A stretch of DNA of 30,312 nucleotides from the NCBI GenBank assembly GCA_035553235.1, contig DATNDM010000210.1, positions 1 through 30,312 of the forward strand, given 5' to 3'. The notes beneath the pieces are model-generated. The model worked only from the letters and a program-made list of their open reading frames with translations, ran no database searches and was not told where the DNA came from. Made by a program: the position numbers and the translations under genes. This stretch comes from Pyrinomonadaceae bacterium (lineage in GTDB: Bacteria; Acidobacteriota; Blastocatellia; Pyrinomonadales; Pyrinomonadaceae). Shown in pieces: positions 30,084 to 30,312 of this stretch; position 1 is the first letter of the stretch, and each line of letters opens with the position of its first letter.

Positions 30084-30312
30084 GCTTTGCCTCAGAAATC
30101 ATTGTTGGATCGGGTCAGTACAGGGGAGCGGTAGCGACCTGGTCAGTGATCGGCATGCGATATTTCTAATGATAGCTTTGCCTCAAAAGTCAGAAAATCA
30201 TTGTTGGATCGGGTCAGTACAGGGAGCGGTAGCGACCTGGTCAGTGATCAGCATGCGATATTTCTAATGGTTCTTGATTCCGATGGTTTCACCAGGTCGC
30301 TACCGCTCCCTG
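30084..30312. repeat. Family-2 repeat cluster: tandem duplication of flank+arm+half-loop, then an inverted arm cut by the window end
   Basis: Direct units about 30084-30171 and 30175-30269, with arms at 30105-30144 and 30204-30242. The inverted arm ACCAGGTCGCTACCGCTCCCTG occupies 30291-30312. Confidence 0.9.

Noticed and set aside
30084-30312. Direct repeats of about 40 bp read as a CRISPR array
   Set aside because: The intervening sequences are near-identical rather than unique spacers, one arm is inverted, and no cas genes are present.
1-30312. rRNA, tRNA, transposase or integrase genes
   Set aside because: None was recognised. Intergenic gaps are short and mostly accounted for by the two repeat families.

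Overview
Nearly the whole window (1-29977, all + strand) is the downstream part of a hybrid NRPS-PKS biosynthetic gene cluster. The assembly line is: partial NRPS (atypical C tail-A[Asn]-PCP); two-module NRPS (C-A[Ser]-PCP-C*-A[Dap/Dab]-PCP); PKS (KS-AT[malonyl]-apparently inactive KR-ACP); terminal NRPS (C-A[Asn]-PCP-TE). Accessory genes are an ADOP/MacB-type permease, a stand-alone 'lantibiotic dehydratase N-terminal' (PEARL/short LanB-like) enzyme, a SyrP/TauD-type dioxygenase, a SyrD/PvdE exporter, MbtH, a DUF4097-like protein and an SbnA-like Dap-pathway enzyme. The most notable combination is the PEARL-like enzyme, with no visible precursor peptide, cyclase or elimination domain, together with a C domain whose active site reads ECHPIQDG. 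That motif resembles the EHHxxHDG signature of ureido-forming C domains but sits after an already N-acylated Ser, which suggests an undescribed chain-reversal chemistry. Many intergenic gaps hold long hairpin repeats of two families (39-bp and 40-bp arms). These share a GCTTTG..CAAAA outer motif and show loops flipped relative to their flanks between copies. The ADOP permease and repeat types suggest an Acidobacteriota host, possibly Blastocatellia (inference). All substrate and function calls come from manual motif reading, not database searches.
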